This document shows positions 24,351 through 38,500 of a DNA stretch of 64,000 nucleotides, in pieces (the stretch's first letter is position 1; every line of letters begins with the position of its first letter). A model generated the notes under the pieces. The model saw nothing but the letters and a program-made list of their open reading frames with translations. It had not been told where the DNA came from and made no database searches. The DNA is taken from positions 310,001-374,000 of the forward strand of contig NW_005434671.1 in NCBI RefSeq assembly GCF_000315625.1, given 5' to 3'. A program made the position numbers and the translations under genes. The DNA comes from Guillardia theta CCMP2712 (lineage: Eukaryota; Protista; Cryptophyta).

Positions 24351-27300
24351 CTACATTTCTTGATCCTGCTGCAGTCCTGCTGTCCCGGTGGTGATGGGGA
24401 TGCCCAGCCAAACGTCGTCCTCCCCCCAGATCATTGCCGGCCCCCTCCCACTCACGTCCTCCACGTGCACTTCTTCTCCCGCCTCTACCCGAGCCTTCGC
24501 CTCCTGCGTCGACCAGTCAGCCAGCGTGCTCTAAACAAGGGGTAGAAGACCTGCTCAGTTCGTAATGCCTTAGCCAGCAGCTCCTTCATCTCCTTTGAGT
24601 TCACTTTCCATTCCCTCTCCACCCATTCCCTCTGCAGCAATGTCAGCTCCTCTCCTCCCCGCCTCCCTCCATCCCGGCCTCGTCCTCTTCTCCTCCTGCC
24701 TTCCTCAATCTCCAGCTCACCTGATCCTCCGTCAGCGCCGCATGGCCGAAGGGGCATGCAGCCCCCTTGCTGCAGTTGCCACCGACGTGGAAGAACTTGC
24801 AAGGGATGCGAGAAAGGTCGTGCGAGAAGGAGCAGGCATCTCCTCTTGAGCAGTCTCCCCGCAGGAGAAACTTGCAGACGATCATTGGAGGTTCAGCCTG
24901 GTGCGAGAAAGGGCAGGCGTCCCCCTTGTTGCAACATCCTTTCAGCCAGAACGTGCAGTCAGCATCGATCTTCTTCCTCTTTCCCGCCCGTGAAGAGGTA
25001 TGCCTGTCCTTGGTCCCCTGCCTCTTGTCTTTCCCGCTCCTCTTCATATTCGAACCATTCGGAGAGTTCAATCTCTGACTATGTCTCTCCTCCTTTCCAT
25101 CCGATTTCCCATTCCCGTCGTTTGTTGGCGCTTTCTCCTTCTCCACTTCGTCCTCGTCCTCATCCTCGTCCTCGTCGATGCTCAGGGTTGGTTCATCTTC
25201 ACTGTCCGTGTCGTCCTGATTCTGCCTTTGTTCCGAAGTCGGGCCGTCTTCCAACCTCCTGCTCTCCTCCCCGTGAGCGCTGATGGCTGCTGGGGCCTGC
25301 GGTCGGGGAGGAGCGTTGCCTTCAGTCGCAATGTCTTTAGCGAGGGTCTTATGCTTCTTCTCTTGACTGGCATGTACCTCTTTGATCTTAGCGATTTCGT
25401 TCCTCCCTGTCCTGTCGTTGATCACTCTCGACTCTATCAGGTCGTCGTCGTTCCCCCTCGAAGATCGCTTCCTCTTGTTCTGCACAAACGCCGCGCGCAC
25501 GTTCACCGGCTGACAGGAACACAGTTATCCATCCCGTTGTAAGCACTACCCATTCTCACCTTCAAGCTCGACTGCATGACTTGAGGAGAACTGTTTCTGT
25601 TGTCTGCCGATGGCCTGTTTGCAGGCGACTGGCCTGCATGCAGCAGTCAGAAGGAGAGCAACTCCCCTCCGCTCGCTACCTTCCTCCGTACACAAGTTCA
25701 AGAAAGTCGCTGCTCGCCACCTGTTGGACCCGCGTACCATGTGGTGGGCCATAACTTCCATCACGGATCCCTTGCGGACTCTCTTCCAATCCTCAAGATC
25801 ATGGCCGATGAAGATGCTCTTAGGAACATAGACGTCAGCTACCCCTGGGCTAGACTCCATCTTGATGAACGCCAGCTCCCTCCCCTCTCCTTGCTGGCTC
25901 TTTTCAACCTTGGAAACAACCTTCAAGGAGCGGCGAAGTCAGCAAAGGAGGCCTTGCACAGGACAGCACAGGCAAGGGAGGAAGGAGCTGCCACTGGGTA
26001 AGGGATCGTGAGACGTACCTTGCCCTTCAGTCGCTTCAAGTGCTCAGGGTTTTGACTCTGCAGGAGGACTGGACAATTCTGATGCCAGTGAGAGTCCTTC
26101 TTTCCACCTTCCTTCCCACAATGCTGCAAGACTAGCAATCAGTGGAGGAAAGGGAGAGGAAGACAAGGACACGACCTGACAGACGTAACCCTGCCCAGGA
26201 AACTCTCTGGATCTCCTCTTCTTCTTCGCCTGAGGGGATTTGCTGTATGAGCCTGTCTGTTGGTGCTCTGTGACCTCGAAGACCTTGAAGAAGTCAGCGC
26301 GAGAGATTTGATCTGATGCCTTGAAGGCGTCGTTCGTCATGTCGTTGAACAAGGCCTCTATCATCTCCTCGTCGTCGTCGTCAATCCCCAAGATCTCCCT
26401 TCCCTTGTCCTTGAGGAAAGCAAGAAACTGATCTCTGCTGATAGTTTCTTTGGAGTCAGAAATTAGGTTGAAGAGACGCTCCCAATCTAAAGGGCTTTCT
26501 GTGCAGGTTTCTTCATGGACTGCCGTAGGGCTCTCAGCCGGCTGCTCGCCCTGTTGCTCAGCAATTGGTTGATCTCCCTGTACATCTCCCGTAACTTCTT
26601 TACACGCCTCGTCAGCAGCCTTGGGGGTTGAAGGCTTCTGCCTACTATTTTGCATTTCAGGTGAGTTCAGGAATGAGGATAGTGCTGATATCTTAGCAGG
26701 CTGCCCTGTTCTCGATGGCAAGGAAGAGATGTCGCTGCCATTCCTCCCTTCTTGCTTTGCCTCTACCGTCGCTGTCACCCTTGTAGGACCTGTCGACAGT
26801 TTCACCGTAGGAAGTGCTGAGACGCCAACAGATGACACGCCTGAAGGTGACATGTTGGCATGTGACACGTTGGCAGGTGAGACGTTCGCAGGTGAGACGT
26901 TGGCAGGCGAGACGATCGCAGGTGGGAGGTTGGCAGGCGAGACGTTCGCAGGCGAGACGATAGCAGGTGGGAGGTTGGCAGGTGAGACGTTGGCAGGTAA
27001 GTTCTTGTGAGCAGAGCTGGCTCTGTTGTTGGATGTGGGAGTCTTGTATGGAGTGCTGGCCTTCCCTTCCTTCTGCCCAAGCGTGAGAGACTCGCGTCCC
27101 AAGGGCATGCTCGGTTGCTTTGAGGCAGGCGGCGTGTTTGAAACACTGCTCTCCGAGCTCTGCTCAATAGTCGGGCGGGGAGAGGAGCGGTTCTGAACAA
27201 CGCTTTCACATGTCAACCCAGTCCACGACATCTTGCTTGGATCGTTCTTTCGTCGGAGGAACTTCTCACGCCAAGGAGAGGATGTTAAAGAAGAGGGCTC

Positions 27301-27588
27301 GCGCAGGGCAGATACCATGGCTCCTTGTACACCCCCAGCACACTCTAGGAGAGCTTGATACACGCGTAACACGCCCTTTCCCTTGCTCTCTTTCATTCTC
27401 AATCCCAACGCATCCAGATCCTCCTCGCTCCCGCCTCTCTGCAGCATCATCAAGAGCTCTTCCACCATGCTCGGGGGATATGCTGCACAGAGCTCCAGCA
27501 TCTCCTGCATGTCCGCCCCCGCCGCTCCTGCTCGCCGCGCTTCCAACATTGTCATCCCCCGCTCATGTGCCGCTCCCTGGCAATTCAC
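24351..27588 (-). CDS. Triple CCCH zinc-finger protein with degenerate EF-hand pair and OB/cold-shock-like segment; termini approximate
   Basis: CTFWLKGCCNKGDACPFSH, CKFLLRGDCSRGDACSFSH and CKFFHVGGNCSKGAACPFGH. EF-like ERLFNLISDSKETISRDQFLAFL and DQISRADFFKVF. LAFIKMESSPGVADVYVPKSIF. Joining the three ORFs into one gene is inferred. Confidence 0.65.
26845..27000. repeat. Coding 15-bp tandem repeat (PANVS/PANLP/PAIVS pentapeptides)
   Basis: About 10 units like gcaggtgagacgttg inside ORF 26044..27588. Confidence 0.85.
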
Positions 27589-27714
27589 GACATACCACCC
27601 CCCTCGCGACTACCCTGGAATTTCCCCAAGATCTCGTGGAAAAGAGAGGGGTATGTCGTGGCAGGGGTGGTTTCGTTATGTGGTTTTATGGCGGGAAAGA
27701 TGCTTGAAATGGAA

Positions 27715-27973
27715 ATGATGCTAGGAACTGTTCGATGAAAATGATGCTAGGGATTGTTTTGATGGAATGATGCTAGGGATTGTTTTGATGGAATGATGCT
27801 AGGGATTGTTTTGATGGAATGATGCTAGGGATTGTCTTGATGGAATGATGCTAGGGATTGTTTTGATGGAATGATGCTAGGGATTGTTTTGATGGAATGA
27901 TGCTAGGGATTGTCTTGATGGAATGATGCTAGGGATTGTCTTGATGGAATGATGCTAGGGATTGTTTTGATGC
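27715..27973. repeat. 26-bp minisatellite, about 10 copies (ATGATGCTAGGGATTGT[T/C]TTGATGGA)
   Basis: Head-to-tail copies with 26-bp period from 27741; first copy degenerate; one T/C variant. Confidence 0.95.
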
Positions 27974-29537
27974 TAAGAGAGTTAGAAACAACATCAGTCA
28001 GGGACGTAGACAGAGAGAGTCAGTGATGGAGTCGTTGAAGAGATGGGGGGGATCGAATGATAATCGAAGAAAGCAACAGTAAGCCGAGGGTCGAGGAGGA
28101 AGAGGAAGAGGAAGAGCGAAAGACACAGACACTTAAACAGGAAGAAGAAGAAATCGTGAATTGGCGCCAAAGTGAGACTGAGAAACACTGAGAGAAAGAG
28201 ACAGGGATTAGAGAGACAAGAGAGACAGAGGGCAGAGACTGAGGATGAGTAGTGGGGAAGGCGTGATGTACTGACTCAGACTAGGGCTCAGACTAAGACA
28301 GCGATGAAAAGAAATAAAGGCAGAAGGCATGAGACATTTTACAAGATGGTAGATTGTGATATTGCAGACGATAAGTGCTCAAGGAGCTTGTCCGACGAGT
28401 TTCAGCGAACTGTCGCAGCAACTCATAGAAAGGTAGAGCTGTAATAAAGCACTAGAAGGAAAACGCACGCTGTCGTCCATTTGTCAACTCCCATGTTCTC
28501 GTCTGGCTCTGCTGTGGTTTTAACCGAAGGGAAATTCGAAGAACGCCCTGGATATACAACAAGACTTTTGGAAGGACGAGGACGGTCACCTGTCCCTCCG
28601 GGTTTTACTGACAACTATCCCATCGAATCATACGTTAGCTTTATCGTCTTCCTTGCTTCTCGGACTCACCTTCTACTTGAACTCGACGCACTGTGACTTG
28701 ATAAAGTCGGCTGGGATCCTTGATGAGCGATCCAACGCACTGAATCAAATCCAAGGTCCTTTCATTTCGCCGCCACTGCTTTGCACAATGACCATGAGTA
28801 TGTGCGTTCAGTTCATGACGGCGTTGCTGTGTTTCATTGGCAATGGGTGGTGAAAGTCAGTACCCCATTTATCACAGTCAGAACAAGGGGTGATCAACTG
28901 CCACGAAAGTCAAAAGTCTACACTCAGTCTGCAAGAGGGGGTGGTGGTGTAAAAATCAACTTTTGAACTTCGATTGAGTAAAGTTCCAGGTATTGCCTTA
29001 CCTGCGCTCGCAGAGAGGGCTGGTCATTTTTTGACACAATGTGTACTGACAACCGTGTGACCTAGTACTGCCGGTACTGTCAATCAGTACCAGGGTGGGG
29101 TTTAAAAAGGACCACCCAGTAAGTTGCCAAGTAAAAAAGAACAGTGCCGGTCAAACACCAGGGAGGGTCCATGACGTGGGACAGGGGGGGTGGGGGGTAT
29201 ATAGGTTACGTATCGTACTCCTCAATTGAATACTCGTAATAGGGTTAACTGCCAAACAGGGGAATGATAGGGGGTGGGGGGACCGAGAATCCAAGTAAAA
29301 TGGTTATGAGGGGTAGGGGTAGTGTGACGTGTACGGGGGTAGTCTCGGGTGACCTGCGCTGCGCTGCGCAGTACATCCGTTGCCCCACCATTTCTCCTCT
29401 TTTTCTCCTCCCCTTCCTCTTGCTCCTCGCTCTCTCCCCCTTCCTCCCACCCATCCTCGAACAATATACACAAGACATATAGTTGCTCTTAGCTGAAGCA
29501 GCGCTTCAAGCGCTTCAGGCCTGCTGCTTTGTGAAGG

Positions 29538-32500
29538 ATGCAGACGGTGGATTTTCTGTTTGCCCTCCTCGTGGTAGTACTTCCATCAATAAGCTTTCAG
29601 CAAACCATGGATATCTCTGAGACATGTGAAGGTCTGACTGTGCTCACTGAAGTTCAAGGTTCCTTCGGAGTCGGAGATCCTTACGACGACAACTTGAATT
29701 GCGGGTGGATCATTCAGCCTCCTAACGCAGTGTCGATCCAACTTGAGATAGAGTACAAGGTCGAGTATGGCTACGACTATCTCGACATCACTTACTACAA
29801 TGCAACTAAGGGTGGCTTGGTGTATGCATTTCCTTCTCTCATGACTGGCCCTTCGTACAGCTCAGCTTTGCACGTCGTGACTCTCAAGACTGATCGAGTG
29901 TATGTCTACTTCTACAGTGACGATATTGTGACGGATCAAGGATTTAATATCTACTACTCTGCTACGACCTCCGATTCTGGATGTAACATGTGGGCTGCTC
30001 AGTCATCAGGCAACATCGTGATCAGCAAGTCCGCGTCTGTCATGACTCCATCGCTCTGCAGCTGGTTTGCGTACTCGGACGTTCAGTCTGAAAGCGGTCC
30101 AAAAACTAAATTCCAAGTGGATCGATTTTTGACTCCATCATTGGATGCTGGATACTTTTACTTGAGCCTGTGGACGTGCAACTCGCTCATTCCCCTTGCG
30201 GATCAGATCATGTTGAGCCCTTGGTCCGACTGCGTCTCGCAGGTCGAGACAGATTCGTTGCAGGTCGGACAGAGCGTGGTGGCGGAGCGAATGCACAGCA
30301 TAGCGTTCGCATACCACTATTCTACGTCGTATGACTTCTCAGCAACATCCTACACGAGCGCAGACAAGAATCAAGGATGTTGCTGGCTCTCTTCTCTCGC
30401 GGCAGGCAGCGCCTTCCAGGAGCAGTGCAGCAGTCAGACTAGTTACACTTCACTCACCACGTGCCTCGAGAACGCCATTTTCAGTTCAAGGTACTACGGG
30501 TTGAGCAACGCCTACTTCACACAGTCCAATGGCTTCTACAGCAGTTCGTCGAGCAGTTACAATTCAAGAGCGTACAAGAACCCACTTCCAATGCAGCAGT
30601 TTCATGCTATGCGGGTCAATGCGTCAAAGAATGATGCTCGCCGCCAACTACAGCAGACCACCGGCATGTATGACGTCATCATCTCCTACACCCTTGCTTG
30701 CGGCACCGGGTCGATCACGCTGAGTAACGGACAGTGCTTGGAGTGTCCGATGAACACGTTTGTCAACGGCTCCCGGTGCAGTGCTTGCCCCCCAAACTCT
30801 TTCACATTGCAGAACGGGTCGTCATATTGTCTGTGCACATCCGGGCACATGTATGACTCGAGCTCGAGTGCATGCGTCGCATGCCCCTCAGGCAAGTACA
30901 GCATGAAGGAGACGGTTGTCGTCGTTCGTGACTACTCCGTTGACATGGAAGTGATTGGCCGAGCGCTCAGTGATGTTCAGTTTGAAGCGATCTACGCCAG
31001 CGAGCTAGAGGCCCATCTACAAAGCAACCCGAGGCTGGTCATTGTACCTTCTTATGCCGTTGAATACGATAGCACGTATTTGTCACTGCTCTACTATTAC
31101 ATCATGCGAGGAGGTACGGTTGTGCTGCTAGACGCCACGAGCGGAATGTACACTGCCAGCTACATGGGAGTCTATCTTAACTATCAGTACATGTGGGACA
31201 TGTCTTCACCTGCGGGCAACGATACTTGCGTTGCATCCTACACCCTACAGTATGCTCCCTGCATCAGCTCGTTGTATTCCTATTACGACATCACAGTCTC
31301 TACTGTGTATCAAGGCCAGTACCAAAGTGACTGCACAACAGTGTGGGAGGCCGACTACGGTTCCGGGCGGCTGGTAGGCATCACCTTCTCATACCAGTAT
31401 CAGGATAATTCATGGGGAGCACTGCTACGAGACGTTTCAACCTCTCGGCCAGACAACGCAGCGTGCGAAGAGAGCGCCTGTCGCAGTTGTCCTCTGGGGA
31501 AGAGCGTTGCTGGAGTAGGAAGCTCCTTGAGTGACTGTCAGTGTGACAAGGGATATACCCACAGCTACTCCACGGGCGACTGCGTGCCATGCGTAGCAGG
31601 GACATACAAGAATACGGTTGGCAGCGGGGACTGTCTGTCTTGTCCGATCAACTCCTTCTCTATTGCCGCAGGCAGCAAAGATGTCAGCGCGTGCCTGTGC
31701 CAAGCTCAGTACTTTCTGAATGGTAGCAATTGCTCAGCATGTCCTCCAAGCACTCGCAAGCCGACCATCGGGAATGAAGCTTGCCAGCCCTGTTCGACGA
31801 ATGCAGACTCTTCGTGTCAGTGCTATGCTGGGTATGAGAACTACAGCTGCACACCATGCCTGCCAGGGAAGTACAAGGATGTGCCGGGGAGCGGATCATG
31901 CCAGACTTGCCCTGGAAGCTTCAAGTCATCATTGCAAGGAGCCAAGAGCGTCGCAGACTGCGTGTGTGCAGCAGGGTACACGCAGGGGGCCGATGGCTTT
32001 TGTGTGCCGTGCGAGGCAGGGAAGTACAAGAACTTCGTTGGCAACTCGGGATGTCTTGCCTGCCCCGCGACCATGAGCTCGTTCCCAGGAAGCGCCAACT
32101 GCTCTTGCATGCAAGGCTTCGAGCCCTCAGGAGGAGGATGCGTGATGTGCGCGAGCCAGTACTACAAGAGTACGGTTGGGAACGTCTCCTGCCGCCTGTG
32201 CGACAGTCTCTACACGTCAGGAGCGGACCGTCGGTCATGCATTTGCTCTGCTGGGAACGGATTCAACAGCGCCAGCCAAGTTTGTCAGACATGCGCAGTC
32301 GGAACGTTCAAATCGCAGGCAGGAAATTTGACATGCACCACATGCCCCCTGTCGTCTTCGACTGCCTCTACTGGAGCTACAGTCATAAATCAATGTATCT
32401 GTCAGAAGGGCTACACCAACTCTAGCGTCCTTGAAAAATGCTCGCAATGCGCACCCGGTCAGTACAAGCCTACGCTAGGAAACACAACCTGCAGCGTGTG

Positions 32501-35500
32501 CAATGAAAACTCCAACAGTGTGGCAGGCAGCAGCGAAATATCTGATTGCAAGTGCAACGGGGGATACGGGAAGCAGCTGCAGAACCCTCAGCTTAGCAGC
32601 AACTTCGTTGGCAGCTTCAAAGACAACAAGTGCGGCATTTGTCCCAAGGGAGCATACAGTGGAGCAGCAGACGACATCTGTCGCTCTTGTCCAGAATCCT
32701 CGACATCATCGGTAGGGTCGGCAGACATCACAAGCTGTCTTTGCGATGCAGGAAAATATGCCTCCTTCACCTTCACCACGACTAGTGTGTCCATGTCCTG
32801 CTTGGCTTGTGCGGCAGGCACGTTCAGCAAAGCAGGAGCGCTGAAATGCACTCCTTGCAACGTGTGTGAGTTTGGCCTGGTGAAAGACAGCGTCTCAGTG
32901 TGCCCAGACATCAAGTGCGTCGCTTGTGCGAGTGGCAAGTACTATGACGCTTCCTCCTCCTCATGTCTGGCCTGCAACAACTGCACTGGAGGGACTGTGA
33001 GGGAATGCGGCACACTTGAGAACAGCATCTGCCGCGACTCTTCCTACGGCACTTGCACAGCATGCGCTGCCGGGACGTACCTCTCCTCCAAGACTACCTG
33101 CTCTTGCCAGAGCTGTCAAACTTGCCCGGCTGGAACCGTCCGGATCAACTGCGGGACGTTGAAAGCAGACGGGACGTACAGCCTGGGAGAATGTGTTGCT
33201 TGTGAGAAAGGCTTCTACAGCCCGACGGCCAACAGCGCACGATGCTTGTCATGCCCGCCCGGACATTACTCGGCTGTGTCCGGTAGTTCTGAGTGTGTAC
33301 AATGCCCAGCCAACACGTACAGCGATCGGGCAGGCAACGGCTCGACCGCCTGCTCTGACTGCACGGCCAACACGATCTCCTCTCCTGGAAGCACTGCGTG
33401 CGCGTGCAAGCAAGGCTACAAAGGCTTCGGCGATCAATGCTCCGTGTGTCCGGTAGGAGAGTACAACAACAAGACCGGCAGCTCGTCATGTCTTTCGTGT
33501 CCGCAGTACCAGACAACCGTCGCTGAGGGCTCCACGAGCCTGACAGACTGCAGGTGCGTCATGGGATACAGCTTGCTGAGTGGCCAGTGTGTGGGATGTC
33601 CCGCAGGCAAGTACAAGGACCAGGTGGGCTCGGGGGCATGCGCCGACTGCCCTGCAGACAAGTACTCTGCCGCCGCAGCAACCTTTTGCGAGCAATGCAC
33701 CGCACACTCGACGAGCAGGGCAGGCAGCTCCAAGCAGATGTGCCTTTGCGTCGCGGGCTACACCAGCTCGGGGGAGGGGACTTGCCTGCCCTGTGCCAGA
33801 GGAAGCTACTCGGGGGCCCTCAACGTCTCGTGCGTCAAGTGTGCGGAGGGGACGTACAACGGAGATGCGGGAAGCTCTTACTGCATGCTCTGCCCGGCTC
33901 GTACAGGGTCGCCTGAAGGAAGCATCTCCATCGCCAACTGCTCGTGCAAAGCTGGGTACGCCGGGTCCGGGCTCTCCTGCTACTCGTGTCCGGGAGGATC
34001 GTACAAGCCGTACCGGGGGGATGGCTTGTGCCAGATGTGCGGACCGACTTCCAACTGCTCCATCGGATACTTCAAGCCCGACTGCCCCGAGGGATCCAGC
34101 GCAGACACGCCTTGCCTGCCTTGCACTCGGAAGCCCCAGGACAGCAAGTTCACGAGTAACGGAGGAAACAGCGACAGCTGCAGCTACAAGTGCAACGCAG
34201 GATTCCAGTACAACTGTCAAACCGACAGCTGCCAGGTGTGTCAACCAGGCGTGGAGTACTACTCCACTACCGCTGAAGTCTGCAAGTCATGTCCGACAGG
34301 AGCGACTTGCGACGGTCAGAACTTGATCCCCAAGGTTGCTGGGGCTGTTTGGCAGCTTCATGATGGAGTCTACCGCATCGACTCCTGCCCAGCTGGCTAC
34401 ATCCTTGTCCGCAAGCGCGACGAGCCTCTGCTGGACGAGTGTATCATGTGCCCGACCAACTACTACAGCCCGGTCGCCTCCGACTTCGACGCCGGCATCC
34501 AGTCGGTCGAGAAGGCTTCGACCGCACTCAGCCTGTGCATCCCCTGCAACCTGCAGATGGTAGACTGTCCCGGAGGAAGTCAGCAGATAGCCAAGGAAGG
34601 GTACTGGACATTGAACTCAGTCACTGCGAGGAGGGCCAAGGGCAACAGCACCCTCTCCGTCCCTGTCTACCGCTGCCCTCCGTCAGCCTGTCAGTCGGCA
34701 AACAACTGCACCAAGGGACGCAAGGGAGTGCTCTGCGCTCTGTGCGATGACGGGTACTTCATGGCGGGGTCAGCGTATGGTAAGTTGCGGCGGGAAGTTT
34801 CAGGGGCCGATTGATGACGTGGCACCGCAGGAGCGGAGTGCAAGCCGTGCGCGGGCAACTTCCAGTCGTTCCAGAAGATTGGACAGGCGCTGTTTGCGCT
34901 AGGGATGGTGGGAGTATGGTTCGTGCTAGTGGTGATGCCGCTGCTGGGGCTGTCCAAGGAGGAGAAGGCGGCGACAACGACGTTCTCGATGATCAAGGGG
35001 CAGCTGATGCAGATCTGGGAATACATTAGGGTTGCCATCAGCTTCATGCAGGTAAGAAAAGGTGGAGAGACGGCGGCAGGTGCGCTGACAGACGTCAGGT
35101 GACCTCGTCCTTCGCTACCTCCTTCAACGTGCCATGGCCTGTCGAGATCAGCGACATCTTGTCGTTAGCGACTGCGTTCAAGTATGAGCAGCTGGGAAGC
35201 AAGTGGGGACGAGGAGAGTGACTTGTGTGCAGGTTTGATCTGTTCGCGTTCTCGGGGATGCACTGCCTGCTGGCGGGGATGTCGTACTCGGACAAGGTGA
35301 ACCTGTACGGCATCGGGCCGGTGGTGACGGGATTCTTCCTCTACCTCCCTGTGATCTTCGTGAGGAAAGTCGGGCCCAAGGCGATCAGCGAGGACAGCTA
35401 CCTGCCGCTGTGCGCGATGGACCGATTCATCAAGTGGTTTCGGAGTTGTTGGGGAAGGATGTCATCGAGAACGTCGGCAGAGGGTGAAGGAGCGGTCAAG

Positions 35501-38500
35501 CCAAACCTCGCTTCCAATCATGAGGGGATGACGGAAGAGGAAATCGAAGAGCAGGTCAGGCTGATCAACAAGTACAACGCGCACGTGCGGGAGCGAGTTT
35601 GGTTCTGGCTCCTGTTCTGGTGAGGACGAGGGAGAAGAAGAAGGGAGGAGAGGAGAGGGAGGGGATGCCTGACGGCTGCCCAGGTGCTTCCTGATCTACC
35701 CGCTGCTGTCCATCTTCGCCACTTCGGGGTTGGTCTGCACGACTGTGGGGGACAAGAGATACCTGCTCATCGACTTCGAGGTCGACTGTCCTCTCGACAA
35801 CATGCAGCACCCGCTGTTCTGGAAGATCCTCTTTCTTCTCATCGGGTATCCCTTCGGCCTGCCTGTCTTCTTCGTCTGGACGTTATGGAGGCACGAGGTG
35901 CCGCGGCTGGCAAACATCAAGTACAACAACCTGCTCTTCATAGAGGTGCTCAAGGAGTACAAGACCAAGAGCGAGAGCAAGGGCAAGAGCAACTCCGGGC
36001 TCATCGCCAAGATATCTTCACTGCTCAACAGCGACTCGTTCTGGCAGAACCGCCTCCTCATCACGCAGAACCTCTCGACAACGCAGCTGGAGGAAGTCCT
36101 CAACTTCAAGTGCGTCTCGTCGGCTGCTGTGATGCTGTGCTGACGTGGCCATGCAGCTGGTGGACAGGAGGGGCGAAGCAAGAGCTGGACGTCAGCTCAA
36201 AGGTAGCTAGAGGGGCAACGGGTTCGCAGCTGACTTGATGACGTGCGTAGGGATGGGTTTTCGGGACGAGCGGGACGAAGGGAGAGGAAGGGAAAGCGAA
36301 GGAGAAAGAGATCGGGGAGGCGCAGAGGAAGGAGAGGGAGGACAACAAGGTCAGAATCTTGAGCAGCATCCGGCAATGGTACGATGACATGAGCAAAGCC
36401 ATGGATGGCTCGAGCGAGGAGGGCAGGATGATCTACCGGAGACGGCAGGAATGGTGCAAGACCGTGTTCAGGTGGATCGACGAGCTGGAGGGGAGCTGGT
36501 TCGACGAGCGATACCCGATGGGAAAGGACGGGCAGGACCTGGCCAAGAGCATCTTCTTCATCAACAACCAGCTGTACGACGAGGCAAGGTCCCTCGTCCT
36601 CCTCGGTCAGGAGGTGCTCGACCGAAAGAGAGCCGAGCTGGAAGCCGAAGCCAAGAGGAACAAGGGCGAGGAAGATGAGACAGCGGCAGGCGACGCGATC
36701 GAGCTGGAGCAAGCGAGGGAGAACGTGAGGACGACTAAGTACATGATGAGGATCTGCGAGTCGCTCTGGACCTACGAGACGTGCAAGAGGCTGGACGTTG
36801 ACAGTGAGGGGCAGGCAGAGAGCGACACGGAAGGAGCGAGGGGAGGAGGAGACGTGGAGGAGATGCTACGAGGAGAGCAGACCCTCAGCTTAGAGACTGT
36901 CATGGACAGCGAGGAGTTCTGGAGCTGCATGGAGACCTCGCGGACTGGAGGAAGGAGAGGAGCGTCGAAGAGGGCGGGGGAGGTAGACATAGAGGAGCTT
37001 CAGAGCGGCTTCGTCAAGATGAGCTGGTACAACTTCTTCGGGGAGCCCAGCAAGGCAAACGCCAAGACCCTCTACGACTCCATGTCGCTCCCTGGATGGA
37101 ATCGTGCTTATCCCGCAGGGCCTGCCCGCATGCACAACTGGCTGGGGTACTTCGATGGTAAGGAGGAGGAAGGTGAGGGTGCGAGTGCGGAGGAGACGCA
37201 GGAGCTCGAGCACGAGGCTCGCAATGAGCGGCAGAGGCGGAGAGCGGCTCTGAAGAGAGCGGCTCTGAAGTTCTTCGAGGAGGAGAACATCAAGTCTTCG
37301 TTCCCGATGCCGCTGGAAGTGATCGTTCATCGCATGCAGGAGGTCAAGCTCAAGGAAGCGATTATCCTCCTGGGGAAGCGCCTCGAGTTCCAGGGGGTGC
37401 TGGCAGTTCCTATCTGCCGATGGCTCACCCCCGACGAGATCCAGTCGATGGAGGATCAGCTGACAGAGGCCGAGGACTCGACGAGCAAGGAGGAGGAGGG
37501 AGAGACTGTGGGGGTGAACCCGAGCGAGGGAGGACAGAACAACATGCAGCAGGGGCCGGGGAGGAAGGTGGTTGTGGTCAACGACGACTACTTCCAAGTC
37601 GAGAAGGTCGCTGTCAACCAAGCAGGCTTTATTTTCAAGGCCTATAAGGTACCAGCGTACTGGGGGAGGCGGAGGAGGCTGACGGGCTGCAGGCAAACTA
37701 CTGGTACTTCGAGCTGGTAGAGATGCTGAGGAAGTACGCGGAGGGAGGGGGGGTACTGCTGGGAGAGCTGACAGACGTGCTCGGTGCAGGTTCCTCATGA
37801 TGGGCACTGTCAACTTCATCTACCCGGAGTCGCCGCAGCAGCTAGCAGCTGGCTTCGTCATCAGTTTGTTCTCGCTGCTGCTGGCCATTTACTTGTCCCC
37901 GTACATCAACCGCAAGCTCAACTTTGCCTACCAAGCAGCGCTCTTCACGCAGACACTGACGCTCTTCTGTAAGTGAACCTTGTATCAATCCCCGTCTGTA
38001 CGATCATCTTCCTCTCCCTCTCCCTCTCCCTCTCCCTCTCCCTCTCCCTCTCCCTCTCCCTCTCCCTCTCCCTCTCCCTCTCCCTCTCCCTCTCCCTCTC
38101 CCTCTCCCTCTCCCTCTCCCTCTCCCTCTCCCTCCCGTCCGACCGCAGCCTCCTGACACCGTTGCCGATGCAGACGCAATCATGCTTCACATCCAGACGT
38201 GAGAGGCTGGGAGGGTCCGACGGCTGTCTGACTGTCTGACTGTTGCAGGATGCAAGGGAGCCTCGACGAGACCGTGACTGATCCGTCGGCCACCAAGGTG
38301 ATGACAGCCATTGTGCTCCTCCTCAACTTCAGCATCGTCGCTCTCCCGTGGGTCATCTGGAGCATGGACAACGATGCGGTCAGCCAGGCCAAGTCCCATC
38401 TCTTCCGCTTCTCCTTCACGCGCAAGTGGATCTCTCGGCTGGTGAGAGGAGGGAGGGCTCTGGTCCTGCTCTGACGTTCGTCCTTGGCGCAGGGAAAGAA

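Noticed and set aside
28423-29010. Possible small spliced minus-strand gene (donor-like sites near 28668 and 29000)
   Set aside because: I could not build a coherent ORF or recognise any domain.
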